NCBI GenBank assembly: GCA_020632095.1
Contig: JACKGF010000001.1
Coordinates: 326,638 to 390,637 of the forward strand
Source of the DNA: Candidatus Nomurabacteria bacterium
GTDB lineage: Bacteria; Patescibacteriota; Minisyncoccia; Phycocordibacterales; UBA918
DNA: 64,000 bases
Direction of reading: 5' to 3'
The notes beneath the pieces were generated by a model, which worked only from the letters and a program-made list of their open reading frames with translations, made no database searches and was not told the origin of the DNA. Below are positions 37,899-47,302 of this stretch, piece by piece. The first letter of the stretch is position 1. Every line of letters begins with the position of its first letter. The position numbers and the translations under genes are program-made.

Positions 37899-38527
37899 TT
37901 ATTTTATAGGAATAATTATTTCATTACGTAGCACAAGCGGCATAGACAGTGGAGGATTATATCTTGCTACTTGAATTTCTCCCGCAACCTCCAGACCATC
38001 TTTTTTCAATAAAGCTACTAGTTCCTGCTTTTTCGTTTCCACCCTTTTTTCAGTGGGATACCAAGTAAAAGCGAGGACCGCTACTTTACGTGCATCAACC
38101 TCAGCAATGGTAACTTGGGGATTATTTGGCATCGGCAGCGTTTCTAGTGTGTACTCCGAGGCAACACAAAAGAAATCGTCCTAGAATTCTCATTTTTTTT
38201 AGTATCAATCACAGGCACCGTCATGGCAATTTTTTCTGATGTTTCGTTTTCGAGCACGGGCGCGGTCATAGCAATACTGGCACGTGAAGTATTGTTTCCA
38301 AATATATAATCAGCAATTATTCCAAATCCTTTACTGGTCGCTTCATTATACTCACCAATCACATCCGTTTCCGCAATAATGTAAGGAGTATACTGACGAA
38401 TCTCATACCCACTACGCTTTTCAATGGTAGTAAATTTAGGCTCCTCAATATTTCTAATAACCAAATAACTGCCAACAATCCAAATAACCAACAGAGCAAT
38501 TAACCCTAATCCAATATAGTAATACAT
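37899..38527 (-). pseudogene. SOUL heme-binding-family protein split into two ORFs by a frameshift
   Basis: ORF 38144..38527 (EEPKFTTIEKRSGYEIRQYTPYIIAE...MTAPV...ISFVLP) is the N-terminal two thirds of a SOUL/HBP domain. ORF 37899..38132 (VAVLAFTWYP...ARYNPPLSMPLVLRNEI) is its C-terminal third, in a different frame. Confidence 0.6.
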
Positions 38528-38737
38528 ATATAAATTATACCATTTTTAATTAACAGCAACGTTAATTAAACTAATCTATTATCACTTTAACCAGAAAACT
38601 CACTAGAAGATGTCAGCGAGAGTGGAAGTTTACGAGTTATACCTAGAGCAGCCCTAGCAAAATTATCACTTACCCGAAAAAAACAACGAGAACATCGAAA
38701 CCTTATATAACAATCATCCTTTATCTACTGTGATTAT

Positions 38738-39298
38738 CTAAGAAAATAGCACGCTGTCTGAGTGTATTTCTTTCAGATATTGCTTATAACGAACATCAGT
38801 CAAATGCAATTTGTAATTCAAACGTGTGAAAACGATTTTATACCGCTTTTTAAATTTGCCCCGTATAGTTGTTTGAATCTGAAATGAGGCAATTTTATTG
38901 ATTGGAATTTTTGCAAACAACAGAGTTCCCAGTGTCACCTGTGTCACCCCATCTCCCCTCACCTTAACCTCAGCTGTAGCAATTGATCCTGAAGCTGACC
39001 CTTCAATCTGATACATAAAACCAGCCGTTTTTTTACCAGAAGCAACCGACATTGGAACAAAAACCACTTCCTGTTTAGCAGTAACATTTATTTCAAGAAA
39101 AAACTTACCCAATGCTTTATCCTCTTCACCTTTTTTCTTAATCTTCTGAAAGCGACCCTGATTCTTTTTCACCTTAACATCAATATAGGTGTCCTTACCT
39201 TCCAATGCATTCGCTTTTACTAATTGTGCCCGCAACGTTTTTATTTGAGCATTTAGTTCCTTTAAAAGTTTTTTGTTGTCACCAGTTATTTTTGCCAT
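38738..39298 (-). CDS. hypothetical protein (N-terminal coiled coil + beta-rich domain)
   Basis: 186-aa ORF with no recognised family. Confidence 0.45.
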   Translation of the reverse strand: MAKITGDNKKLLKELNAQIKTLRAQLVKANALEGKDTYIDVKVKKNQGRFQKIKKKGEEDKALGKFFLEINVTAKQEVVFVPMSVASGKKTAGFMYQIEGSASGSIATAEVKVRGDGVTQVTLGTLLFAKIPINKIASFQIQTTIRGKFKKRYKIVFTRLNYKLHLTDVRYKQYLKEIHSDSVLFS

Positions 39299-39432
39299 AA
39301 CTTAATTATAGAACAAGACAAAAGGTCTTCGGATAGTAAATGGGAATAAAAATCTTAAAATCAATGAGTGACAAAGTAAACAATGACTGACCTTCCGTTA
39401 TTTTCAGACGATGAGGCAACAAGTAGAAAAAA

Positions 39433-40071
39433 TTACTTTTGCTCTTTTTTATTCCAACGTAATGCTGCAATGTATATCTCGGCCATTATTTTTTGGATTT
39501 CAAAAAATTCTGAAATCAGACGGGTAACCTGTAAGGGAACTTCTGCCAGATTTCCATTTTTTAAAAGGTCGTTTAACTCTCTCTCTATATCATCAGCTCG
39601 CATCACCATTTCGTCACTGATATTTTCAACCTCTCTCTTCCAGGAATGTATTTTTTCACACTCTCTATGAATAGTTGGCAATATTTTCTCTTTAAGCGCT
39701 TCTCGGTTAGCCTTGGCAATTTCCTCAGCTTCCATAGCACTACGCCTGCGACCATCTTCTTTATGAGCGGCTTTCCAAGCAGTAGTCATCAGGTCGTCAA
39801 GATTCTTCTCTATTTCTGCTTGAGCAACCTCGGCTTCTAAAATTTGTCTATCGATCTCATCCGATTCGCGTTTAATAGCTAAGAGGTCATTCTTGTCTTC
39901 CTCTCCCGTAAATTCATTCGCCAACTCAGCCTGAACCTTAAGTTCACCAGCTAGTTTTTGCCCTAGTTCCTCCAGTGATATTTGAACCTTATGTAATTCC
40001 GCTTCTGTATCCCGATAAGCCTTCCGACTAGGGTCTTCCTGATAACCGCCTCCGAATTCATTTTCTTTCAT
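39433..40071 (-). CDS. hypothetical coiled-coil protein (start set at internal MKENEF)
   Basis: It is a long alpha-helical, acidic, heptad-rich protein. The ORF-track frame extends to 40143, but its first 24 codons look like spurious hydrophobic read-through. Confidence 0.45.
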   Translation of the reverse strand: MKENEFGGGYQEDPSRKAYRDTEAELHKVQISLEELGQKLAGELKVQAELANEFTGEEDKNDLLAIKRESDEIDRQILEAEVAQAEIEKNLDDLMTTAWKAAHKEDGRRRSAMEAEEIAKANREALKEKILPTIHRECEKIHSWKREVENISDEMVMRADDIERELNDLLKNGNLAEVPLQVTRLISEFFEIQKIMAEIYIAALRWNKKEQK

Positions 40072-40269
40072 AGTAAATAAAGTATACCTAAAACCATCGA
40101 TGTAACAACCCGATATGCACCCAAGTAGTCTATATATCACCACCTGAAGGATTTACCTCAATGAAATATCCTAAGAATAATCCTGCATTTTTCACGCAAA
40201 ACCACCACATTTTGAATCAATACGCGATGCAACGTTTTTTTGTTAGAAAACTGACTTACCCATGTATAC

Positions 40270-42090
40270 CTATTTCAACTGAGATTTTACTAATTTTGCA
40301 AAAGTATTGATGTCGGCCTCTTGAGCTTTTAGCGCTTTAGTGAAAGTATCGGCTTTTGTGGTATCGATTCCAATACTCTTGAAGATATTAGCAACATTAT
40401 CCGAAGCTCCTGCCGTGAGGAATTGGTCGATTTGTTGTATATAAGAATTATCTTCTTTATACTTAGTAGCCATAATAGTACTCATCAGCAAACCAAATGC
40501 GTAGGTGTAGACATAAAATCCATAACGTAGGTGTGGGATAGAGACGAAGCTGTAACCGTCCGCTTCATTCACAGTAACAGCCGGACCCAAGTAGGTCTTC
40601 AGATGCTTTTGGGTCATCTTGCGGAACTCCTCTTTAGACATTGCACCTTGTTTGTTAATAGTATTATGAATATCTAACTCAAGATTAAAAAAGGCAATCT
40701 GGCGTTGGATAGTCGCAATGTCTCTAGTAATGCGATCATGTAACAACACAGTTTTTTGAGCTACGGAAGCTTGTTTGTACACTACGTCAAAAACAAGATT
40801 CTCAAATAAAGTACTGGCGGTCTCAGCGGTTACTGTCGAGTGACCTTCATAAAATGTAGTGCGTTGCTTACTACGTTCAGCATGGATGGCGTGCCCCATT
40901 TCATGAGCCAGTGTCTCAAGTGATTTAAAATTGCTAACATGATTAAGCTCGACCTGTGTCGGCAGACCTACCTCAGCAGACATAAACGCTCCACCCCGCT
41001 TCCCTTTCTTTGGAAAAACATCTATCTGACCATTTGTAAGCATTCTGTCAAAAATCTGACCATATTCTGTCTTGAGACTATAGAAAACATCTCTACAAAT
41101 TTCTACCGCTTGGGTGAAGTCAATCGCTATTTCTTTTCTGATTGAGTCATATTTCTGACTATAGTCGATAGTGTCAACACCATGATACTGAGCTTTAATT
41201 TTATAAAACTTCTTACTCAAAACAAAACCTTTAGTACTAACTGCTTCTACCAAATTCTCAATGCTTTTTTCAGTATCTTCATACCTAATAGCCGTCGCAC
41301 TATACGGCTTATGATAACCACGCAATTCATCTTCAGTACGAACATCAGTTATGATAGCGTTAAATTCATGTTCGGCCACTTCAGCGATCTGTTCCATCTG
41401 GGCCATTATTAGCTTCCATAACTTTGGTTTTTGCTTACTTGGGAGAGTTTCTATCAGGTTTGATGCTTCATTTATTGGAAGCTCTTTACCAGACCATTTA
41501 ATTTCACGGTTTCCAATTATTTTCTCAGTCATCTCTGTCCACATCTCATATGACTGTCGACTCTTTAAGTTTACAATTTTCTCTTGATCTTCACTCAGAT
41601 GATGACTAGCCTTAATAAACACTCTCTCAAGATAATAACGGAAATGCTCCAACACTGGGTCCTGCAAAAGCTTAGTTTGTTGCTGTTTAGTAACTGATCC
41701 TAGGGCATGCTTAAAAAAAAGCATCTCGGACTGGAGTTTTTGAAAACGACGATGGATAAGAGCTAACTGCTGATTGGCTAAGCTATCATTTGTATTTAAC
41801 ACCATCCGAAAATAGAAATATCGCACTGGACGACTACTTTCAGGCATACCTGCCAACACCTCTTTTTCAGTCAAAGCTTTTTCAAGTACTTTTGCATCAG
41901 AGGTAAAATCCTTTCCTTTCCATTTCTTAATAAAGGCTCGATAAGCCTTTTCGGTTGACTGTAAATCAGCCTCAATCAGTGGGTCTTTTTCAGATTTGTA
42001 GTAAAGTTTTTTTAAGTCCCATTCGGTTTTAATAGCACCAAGCTTTGGAAGTTCTCGAGTTGCTTTAAATTTAAACATCTTAACTTGCAT
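40270..42090 (-). CDS. pepF: oligoendopeptidase F (M3B family)
   Basis: 606 aa with the HEXXH zinc motif (LAHEMGHAIH), a downstream Glu and the M3 architecture. Confidence 0.85.
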   Translation of the reverse strand: MQVKMFKFKATRELPKLGAIKTEWDLKKLYYKSEKDPLIEADLQSTEKAYRAFIKKWKGKDFTSDAKVLEKALTEKEVLAGMPESSRPVRYFYFRMVLNTNDSLANQQLALIHRRFQKLQSEMLFFKHALGSVTKQQQTKLLQDPVLEHFRYYLERVFIKASHHLSEDQEKIVNLKSRQSYEMWTEMTEKIIGNREIKWSGKELPINEASNLIETLPSKQKPKLWKLIMAQMEQIAEVAEHEFNAIITDVRTEDELRGYHKPYSATAIRYEDTEKSIENLVEAVSTKGFVLSKKFYKIKAQYHGVDTIDYSQKYDSIRKEIAIDFTQAVEICRDVFYSLKTEYGQIFDRMLTNGQIDVFPKKGKRGGAFMSAEVGLPTQVELNHVSNFKSLETLAHEMGHAIHAERSKQRTTFYEGHSTVTAETASTLFENLVFDVVYKQASVAQKTVLLHDRITRDIATIQRQIAFFNLELDIHNTINKQGAMSKEEFRKMTQKHLKTYLGPAVTVNEADGYSFVSIPHLRYGFYVYTYAFGLLMSTIMATKYKEDNSYIQQIDQFLTAGASDNVANIFKSIGIDTTKADTFTKALKAQEADINTFAKLVKSQLK

Positions 42091-42341
42091 TTAACCAGTA
42101 AAATAATTGTTGAAAGTATACCAACAACCATCCTCCTAAGGATATCATCTTGTGCTGTTTGTAGGGAGTGTTGAATACACTTACATCCTTCGACTAGGTT
42201 TACCCTAGTCAGGGCTTAAAATTTGATATTTTAACTTATTCTTGTTCAGGACAAAGATTTTTACCAACATAATAATCAAATTAAAAAACAGACCTAGCAT
42301 ATTTGCTAGGTCTGTTTTCTTACTATTTATGATTTGCTGAG

Positions 42342-44465
42342 TTATTTAGCTACCTCCAACTTCACATCGTCAACGTATCCGTAATCATAGAAACTACTTC
42401 CGTTCAGGATGAAGCGAAGAGCAAAGGATGAAAGGTAGTTTGTTTCAGCTGGAAGAGTAAAGGTGTAGTCGTGTAATTTACCATCCTCCTCAAGGTCATC
42501 ATCACTAATCCGAGTTAGCTCAACCCATTCTGAGCCATTGAAGTATGATGCTGCCATATATTCGTCTGAGTTGTCTAGACTTTTAGCGCCCATTTTAAAT
42601 GAAACTGTCACATTTGAATAATCCGCTAATGATATTGTTTTTTCAATACCACTTTCTCGACGAAAGCGTACACTATGGGTACCATTTTTGGGTGATTTAC
42701 TATTCCAATTAGCGAATCTGGTTTTATCCCATGAGAGTGATGACTCAAATGTGTCTAAGAAGATGATAGTTGACTGTACAGGGTCAGGAGTTGGTTGAGG
42801 ATTGGTTGCCGAATATTTCTCTAGATAATCTTCGACAGACCAACCGATGGTCTCTTGATCAAAAGCAACCTTCCACCAATTATATCCATTATCCGCACTT
42901 GGACCGGCTATCACGTATCCATATTGACCAGTCGGTATAGGTTTTATAACAGAACCTGACAAGGATGGTGAGGTCCGTAAATTCAGAGGTCCGTCACTAA
43001 CCCGTACCAAATCATTCAATGAGAATTTCATTGATGGGGGTACAGTCGTTGGATCTGGTGTAGGGTCTGGTGCTGGTGTAGGGTCTGGAGCGGGAGTGGG
43101 AACTGGAGTGGGAGTTGGATCTGGTGCTGGAGTTGGATCTGGTGCTGGAGTTGGATCCGGTGTTGGGGTAGGATCTGGGGCAGGTGCTGGGTTTTGGGCT
43201 AATGCTGGAGTAGCTAACATCATCCACCAACCCTTGGTGTGATCAGCTCCAGTGTAGTAAAGATATGGTTCTTTAGTTGTTGGGTCAAAGGTGATCTGTG
43301 GCGCAATAATCTCGTCTTTTTCAAGGATAACATCATCTTGAGTCAAGACAGGAGTATTACTTGTGCTCCAAGGACCAAAAGGTTGATCAGCGGTAGCGTA
43401 AAAGATCGCCTCTTTTTGATTGTAATCACCTGTTCTGACAGCTACAAAAGTGTCGTCAGGCGCCTTTGTTACTTGTCCTTCCATACCAATTGGTGTTTCC
43501 ACTATTTTGAAGTCACTCCAGGTGTGACCATCATCAACCGAAGTAGCTCCGATCATCCATACCATAGTGACAGAATTTGGCGGAGCGTTCCAACCAATAA
43601 AGGTTAAATATAGTATTCCGTCATGTTCGACCACACTTGGGGAGGTCATGGTGTAAACGTCTTTACCAGCAATATTTCCATGTTTAACTACTGGGGCTTC
43701 TGACTGTTTGTAAGGACCATCTACAGAGCTTGCTTCAGCAAGATAGATATCTGCTTGAAATAGATCTTCGTTTGGATAACCGATATAATAAATTTGGTGA
43801 GTGCCACTATCGGTCTTTCGATAGAAAGGAGTTTCTTTATTGATATCCAAGCCAGAAGGGCCAGTCTTATAAACCACCGGTTTACCAGCTTGCCAGTTAG
43901 TCCATGATGTACCGTGTACAAGCTTGATGGCTTGATGATCTTCATAATCACCAGAGTAGATCATATTAAAAGAGCCTGGTTTGTCTATAAACACATGCCC
44001 GTCAGCCGCTACCTCGTAAGTGTAGGCTTGATTGTTTATTTTGTCCCTAAAGACTGGATTATTGGTATAACGGTTCCAAATCGGAGTGGTGATAGTCTGA
44101 CCAGTGAAGGCGTATTTGCTCAGATTATCATTATTACCCGAAAACGCCATCGGTATTGTTTGGTTGAGTAAGCCTGAGTTTAGCAGAGCTTGTTCAGTGA
44201 GTGGCCCATAGACCTTACCACTGGCGGTAATGCCCAGTGATGCCTGCAAGGCTTGGACAGCGGTTGCTGTTTTGGTTAAATAATTACCAGTCTCTTCTTC
44301 AGAGAAATAACCAAGTTTTTTAAGGACAGACTGTAGTGTCACTACCTGTGAACTTGATTCACCATATTGTATTGAGGCAGTGGGTACAGGGATGTTTTTA
44401 GCTGTTGCAACAAATGGCTGTGCTGTGATTGCTACCGTAAATAGTAAGGTCAGTATTTTTTTCAT
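42342..44465 (-). CDS. secreted multidomain protein: peptidoglycan-binding domain + beta-propeller hydrolase-like domain + Pro/Thr linker + SH3b + C-terminal beta-sandwich
   Basis: It has a signal peptide (MKKILTLLFTVAITAQPFVATA) and a PG_binding_1-like segment (VVTLQSVLKKLGYFSEEETGNYLTKTATAVQALQ). An NPV/DG-rich repeat region suggests a GH43/32-type propeller, which is tentative. There is a (PAPDPT)n linker and an SH3b-like segment (NLRTSPSLSGSVIKPIPTGQYGYV...WWKV). Confidence 0.6.
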   Translation of the reverse strand: MKKILTLLFTVAITAQPFVATAKNIPVPTASIQYGESSSQVVTLQSVLKKLGYFSEEETGNYLTKTATAVQALQASLGITASGKVYGPLTEQALLNSGLLNQTIPMAFSGNNDNLSKYAFTGQTITTPIWNRYTNNPVFRDKINNQAYTYEVAADGHVFIDKPGSFNMIYSGDYEDHQAIKLVHGTSWTNWQAGKPVVYKTGPSGLDINKETPFYRKTDSGTHQIYYIGYPNEDLFQADIYLAEASSVDGPYKQSEAPVVKHGNIAGKDVYTMTSPSVVEHDGILYLTFIGWNAPPNSVTMVWMIGATSVDDGHTWSDFKIVETPIGMEGQVTKAPDDTFVAVRTGDYNQKEAIFYATADQPFGPWSTSNTPVLTQDDVILEKDEIIAPQITFDPTTKEPYLYYTGADHTKGWWMMLATPALAQNPAPAPDPTPTPDPTPAPDPTPAPDPTPTPVPTPAPDPTPAPDPTPDPTTVPPSMKFSLNDLVRVSDGPLNLRTSPSLSGSVIKPIPTGQYGYVIAGPSADNGYNWWKVAFDQETIGWSVEDYLEKYSATNPQPTPDPVQSTIIFLDTFESSLSWDKTRFANWNSKSPKNGTHSVRFRRESGIEKTISLADYSNVTVSFKMGAKSLDNSDEYMAASYFNGSEWVELTRISDDDLEEDGKLHDYTFTLPAETNYLSSFALRFILNGSSFYDYGYVDDVKLEVAK
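43041..43192. repeat. imperfect 18-bp tandem repeat (about 8 units) encoding the (PAPDPT)n linker
   Basis: ggagttggatctggtgct units recur with variants on the plus strand. They lie inside gene 42342..44465. Confidence 0.8.
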
Positions 44466-44718
44466 GAGAAATAATTTCTTATTTTTAGTAATTAATATAT
44501 CTGAATTAATTATACTTTATAAAAAAATCATTATTAACCTCTTACAAACAGCTAGTGTATACCACAAGATAAAGTTCTTACATGTAAAACCTAAACAAAA
44601 AATCTACTCTATTTACTTCCATTTCAGGAATGTACAAAATAAATTGTAAAAAAGGTTATACAAAACAGTAAAGAACTGGAATTAAAAATATAAATAACTA
44701 AGACACCTTCAATAAAAT

Positions 44719-44751
44719 ACCGTCTCGACAATTGCCAATTGTCGAGACGGT
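44719..44751 (-). terminator. perfect-palindrome terminator downstream of 44812..45135
   Basis: ACCGTCTCGACAATTG-c-CAATTGTCGAGACGGT is a 16-bp stem flanked by A/T runs. Confidence 0.7.
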
Positions 44752-44811
44752 ATATGTCCGCCTATACTACAGAATGATTGTCCAACTCTGCGCTTCGCAA
44801 ACATTGACTCT

Positions 44812-45135
44812 TCATCTCTCAACCTTAATACCGCCCGAGAAGACAGCTTTGAAATCATAGAGGCAATAGCCACTTCCGTCGTCGATATTAAAACGAGACC
44901 AATATCCTGGAGGAAGCACGTCATTGCCCAGAAGATCTTCTCCCCAGCTATCCTGATCAACATTCGATGCATAAAGACGATACATCACCAACGGAGTTTT
45001 GTTAATAACATCGATATGCCTGTCTAAATTATCAGACGCGCGTACGGACCCGACGATAACCATCAAGCAAAGCATCAGACTCAACATCTTAGTTTTAGCG
45101 TTCATTTTGAATCCTCCTTTTGATTGTTGAAACAT
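44812..45135 (-). CDS. small secreted hypothetical protein
   Basis: Internal start MNAKTKMLSLMLCLMVIVGSVRA gives a signal peptide, followed by an approximately 75-aa Cys-containing domain. Confidence 0.45.
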   Translation of the reverse strand: MFQQSKGGFKMNAKTKMLSLMLCLMVIVGSVRASDNLDRHIDVINKTPLVMYRLYASNVDQDSWGEDLLGNDVLPPGYWSRFNIDDGSGYCLYDFKAVFSGGIKVER

Positions 45136-45442
45136 TCCACCTTGCCCATCTCAACATAAGACGAGCGGTCTAAGTACTCTATACTTGAGAACACCAAGAA
45201 CGCTCACCTTATATTATTCCACCCTATAAATTAACATAGCCCAAAAATAGTGTCTATCTACAAAAAAGCAGATTCTAACGTGAAATACAACACTTGAAAT
45301 AACGCAAAAAAAACGCCCTTAATCTAGCATAGCTCCACTTAAGGTTACCTTAAATTGAGTCTGTAAACATTAGTTATGTTTTGTGTCAACATACATCCCC
45401 CACCCATTATCAAATTCAACACTAATGTATGGCGCAGTACAC

Positions 45443-46423
45443 CTATACCAACACCTGCTCCGCAACTATTTTAGACATAACCAATATCTCGCCAATCGAA
45501 CCGCCACCTAAACGACCTTTGCCGTGCATGCCGTAAGCGCACTCCCCAAGCGCGTACATATTTTTAACGGTTGTTTCTCCGTATTTATTAATTTTGATGC
45601 CTCCCAGCACAAAATGTGGCTCTATATCAAGAGCAATCCGCTGTTCCCCGTTTACCGCAAATCTTTTTACCGTTTTTTGGTACTCTTTACAAATGTCGTC
45701 AAACCGATGGTGGGCATTGTGAGCGCGCACTAAATGATGAGTCAGTACGAGTCTCTGGCTTTTTTCATCCACAAAATCGAAACTATATAAATCATCACTT
45801 GGAATACACACTCCTTTTGAATAAAATGGATGCTTCATTACCAAATCCTGATACAAAACCCTACACCCAGCCTCTCCAGCAATCTCAAACATGTTGTTTT
45901 TAACCCGCTCGTCTTCAAACTTCTCGGACAGCCTCGCCCTCAGCCCACCAAAACAAAACACCACTTTTTTACAATGAATCTCCCCTTTTGAAGTCTGAAC
46001 TTCAATATATTTACGTTTCTTATACACTGAAGTCACTTCTGCATAGACTCGACTAAATTCAGACTCTTTACGTATTTTGTTAAGTAGTGACATCGGGTCA
46101 CTCACCTTTGCTCCTAAGTATGAAGGCTCCATTTTGGTTAAATGACTCAAATAGGTTAACTCATCATCAATATTGTTCACAAAGACATTGACCAGTTGCT
46201 TGTTAGCTTTACCATAACTAGCAGCATTCATTGATTCTTTGAGTGAAGTTTGTTTAACCCCTCTAGAGCGAATATTGTAATACGACTTATCGCTAACTGT
46301 TTTCATGTCTGGCGCTACTATCAAGAAGTTACGATTGTTGTTTGCAAGTAAATGATGCGCTAGATACAGTCCCGAAAATCCTGCCCCGACGATTAGTGTA
46401 TCTGTAGTTTTAATTGTTTTCAT
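45443..46423 (-). CDS. FAD-binding-2 family flavoprotein (NadB/SdhA/FrdA-like FAD domain only)
   Basis: N-terminal dinucleotide motif LIVGAGFSGLYLA is present. C-terminal YALGECAYGMHGKGRLGGGSIGEILVMSKIVAEQV parallels the NadB/FrdA segment (AIGEvsyTGLHGANRmasNSLlEclVyG). At 326 aa it lacks the capping and C-terminal helical domains. Confidence 0.55.
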   Translation of the reverse strand: MKTIKTTDTLIVGAGFSGLYLAHHLLANNNRNFLIVAPDMKTVSDKSYYNIRSRGVKQTSLKESMNAASYGKANKQLVNVFVNNIDDELTYLSHLTKMEPSYLGAKVSDPMSLLNKIRKESEFSRVYAEVTSVYKKRKYIEVQTSKGEIHCKKVVFCFGGLRARLSEKFEDERVKNNMFEIAGEAGCRVLYQDLVMKHPFYSKGVCIPSDDLYSFDFVDEKSQRLVLTHHLVRAHNAHHRFDDICKEYQKTVKRFAVNGEQRIALDIEPHFVLGGIKINKYGETTVKNMYALGECAYGMHGKGRLGGGSIGEILVMSKIVAEQVLV

Positions 46424-46445
46424 TTTAGTTATGATTATTCTTTTT

Positions 46446-46475
46446 ATGTTGATATTAAAAAACTGCCTTAGGGGG
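46446..46475 (-). terminator. terminator downstream of the channel-fragment ORF
   Basis: AAAAAACTGCC-ttaggg-GGCAGTTTTTT. Confidence 0.6.
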
Positions 46476-46630
46476 CAGTTTTTTATTAATGGAGAAAAAT
46501 AAATCTACACATCAAAACACAACCGCCCCAAAAGCCAGGCAGTCCACCAAGATGTATTGATTTGACGATAACTATTCATATATAAAGTATACAACCCTCA
46601 TCAGAAAAATCCAGTCTCAATATTTAAACT

Positions 46631-47047
46631 TTACTTATCTAACCTTGATGAGCCGAGCAGACGGCGTTCGACCGATTGACCGACGATTGCTATCAGTAAA
46701 CCAAAGAGTAATAAGCTAGTGAACTGAATACCAACAACCAAAAGTTTGGCTGAGACTGACAGTTCAACATTACCAATACCACCACCAAGCAAGGCCATTG
46801 TAACCCACAAGATAGATGACGGAATATCTTTGAAAAATAAGTTTGTATCGCCCTCTACTTGATAGAGTAAACTACCAAATGCTACAACAGCAATAAACAG
46901 AATGATCAAATAAATTTTAATTGATATACTCCTCACCTCCTCCACCTTATTACTATTTCCGTTGGCAAATTTGCTTATTCGCGCTAGTTTAGCCAGTCGC
47001 GACATTCTGAGAAATTGGAGCAGGCGCAATATGCGAGAAGCCTTCAA
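46631..47047 (-). CDS. voltage-gated ion-channel-like fragment (S4-S5-pore-S6 only; no ATG start, probably 5'-truncated)
   Basis: It begins with an S4-like segment (RILRLLQFLRMSRLAKLARISK), then two TM helices flank a pore-like loop (TMALLGGGIGNV). The reported M is a TTG codon. The frame stays open upstream into the adjacent MITE-like element. Confidence 0.4.
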   Translation of the reverse strand: MKASRILRLLQFLRMSRLAKLARISKFANGNSNKVEEVRSISIKIYLIILFIAVVAFGSLLYQVEGDTNLFFKDIPSSILWVTMALLGGGIGNVELSVSAKLLVVGIQFTSLLLFGLLIAIVGQSVERRLLGSSRLDK

Positions 47048-47065
47048 GAAAGTGAGATTGAGGTA

Positions 47066-47173
47066 ATGGGGATACGTCCGTTATTTATGCATTTTGTGTG
47101 TTCTAATATTAGCTAAATTCCATTATAAAATTACAACACAGATTCTGGCATTATAACGGACGCCTCCCCATTC
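47066..47173. mobile_element. MITE-like element copy A (about 108 bp, 20-bp terminal inverted repeats)
   Basis: TIRs are AATGGGGATACGTCCGTTAT ... ATAACGGACGCCTCCCCATT. The AT-rich core is identical to the copy at 52123-52236. Confidence 0.6.
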
Positions 47174-47302
47174 ACCTTAATTTGCTCCGCGTGCTGGACG
47201 AGTTTCGAACCTTTGATTGAGCGAGATTAGAAAATGAGTTGCAGTATTTTGAGCTTGTAAAGAATTAGGCCTGGCGGGAGTGCCGCCAGGCCAGAGTGCT
47301 AC

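Noticed and set aside
47186-47260. 72-nt stretch ending in ...GGTTCGAAACTCGTCCAGCACGCGGAGCA (minus strand) considered as a second tRNA gene
   Set aside because: Only 4 acceptor base pairs form, and the D, anticodon and T stems do not pair. I treat it as a degenerate tRNA 3' remnant or att duplication rather than a gene.
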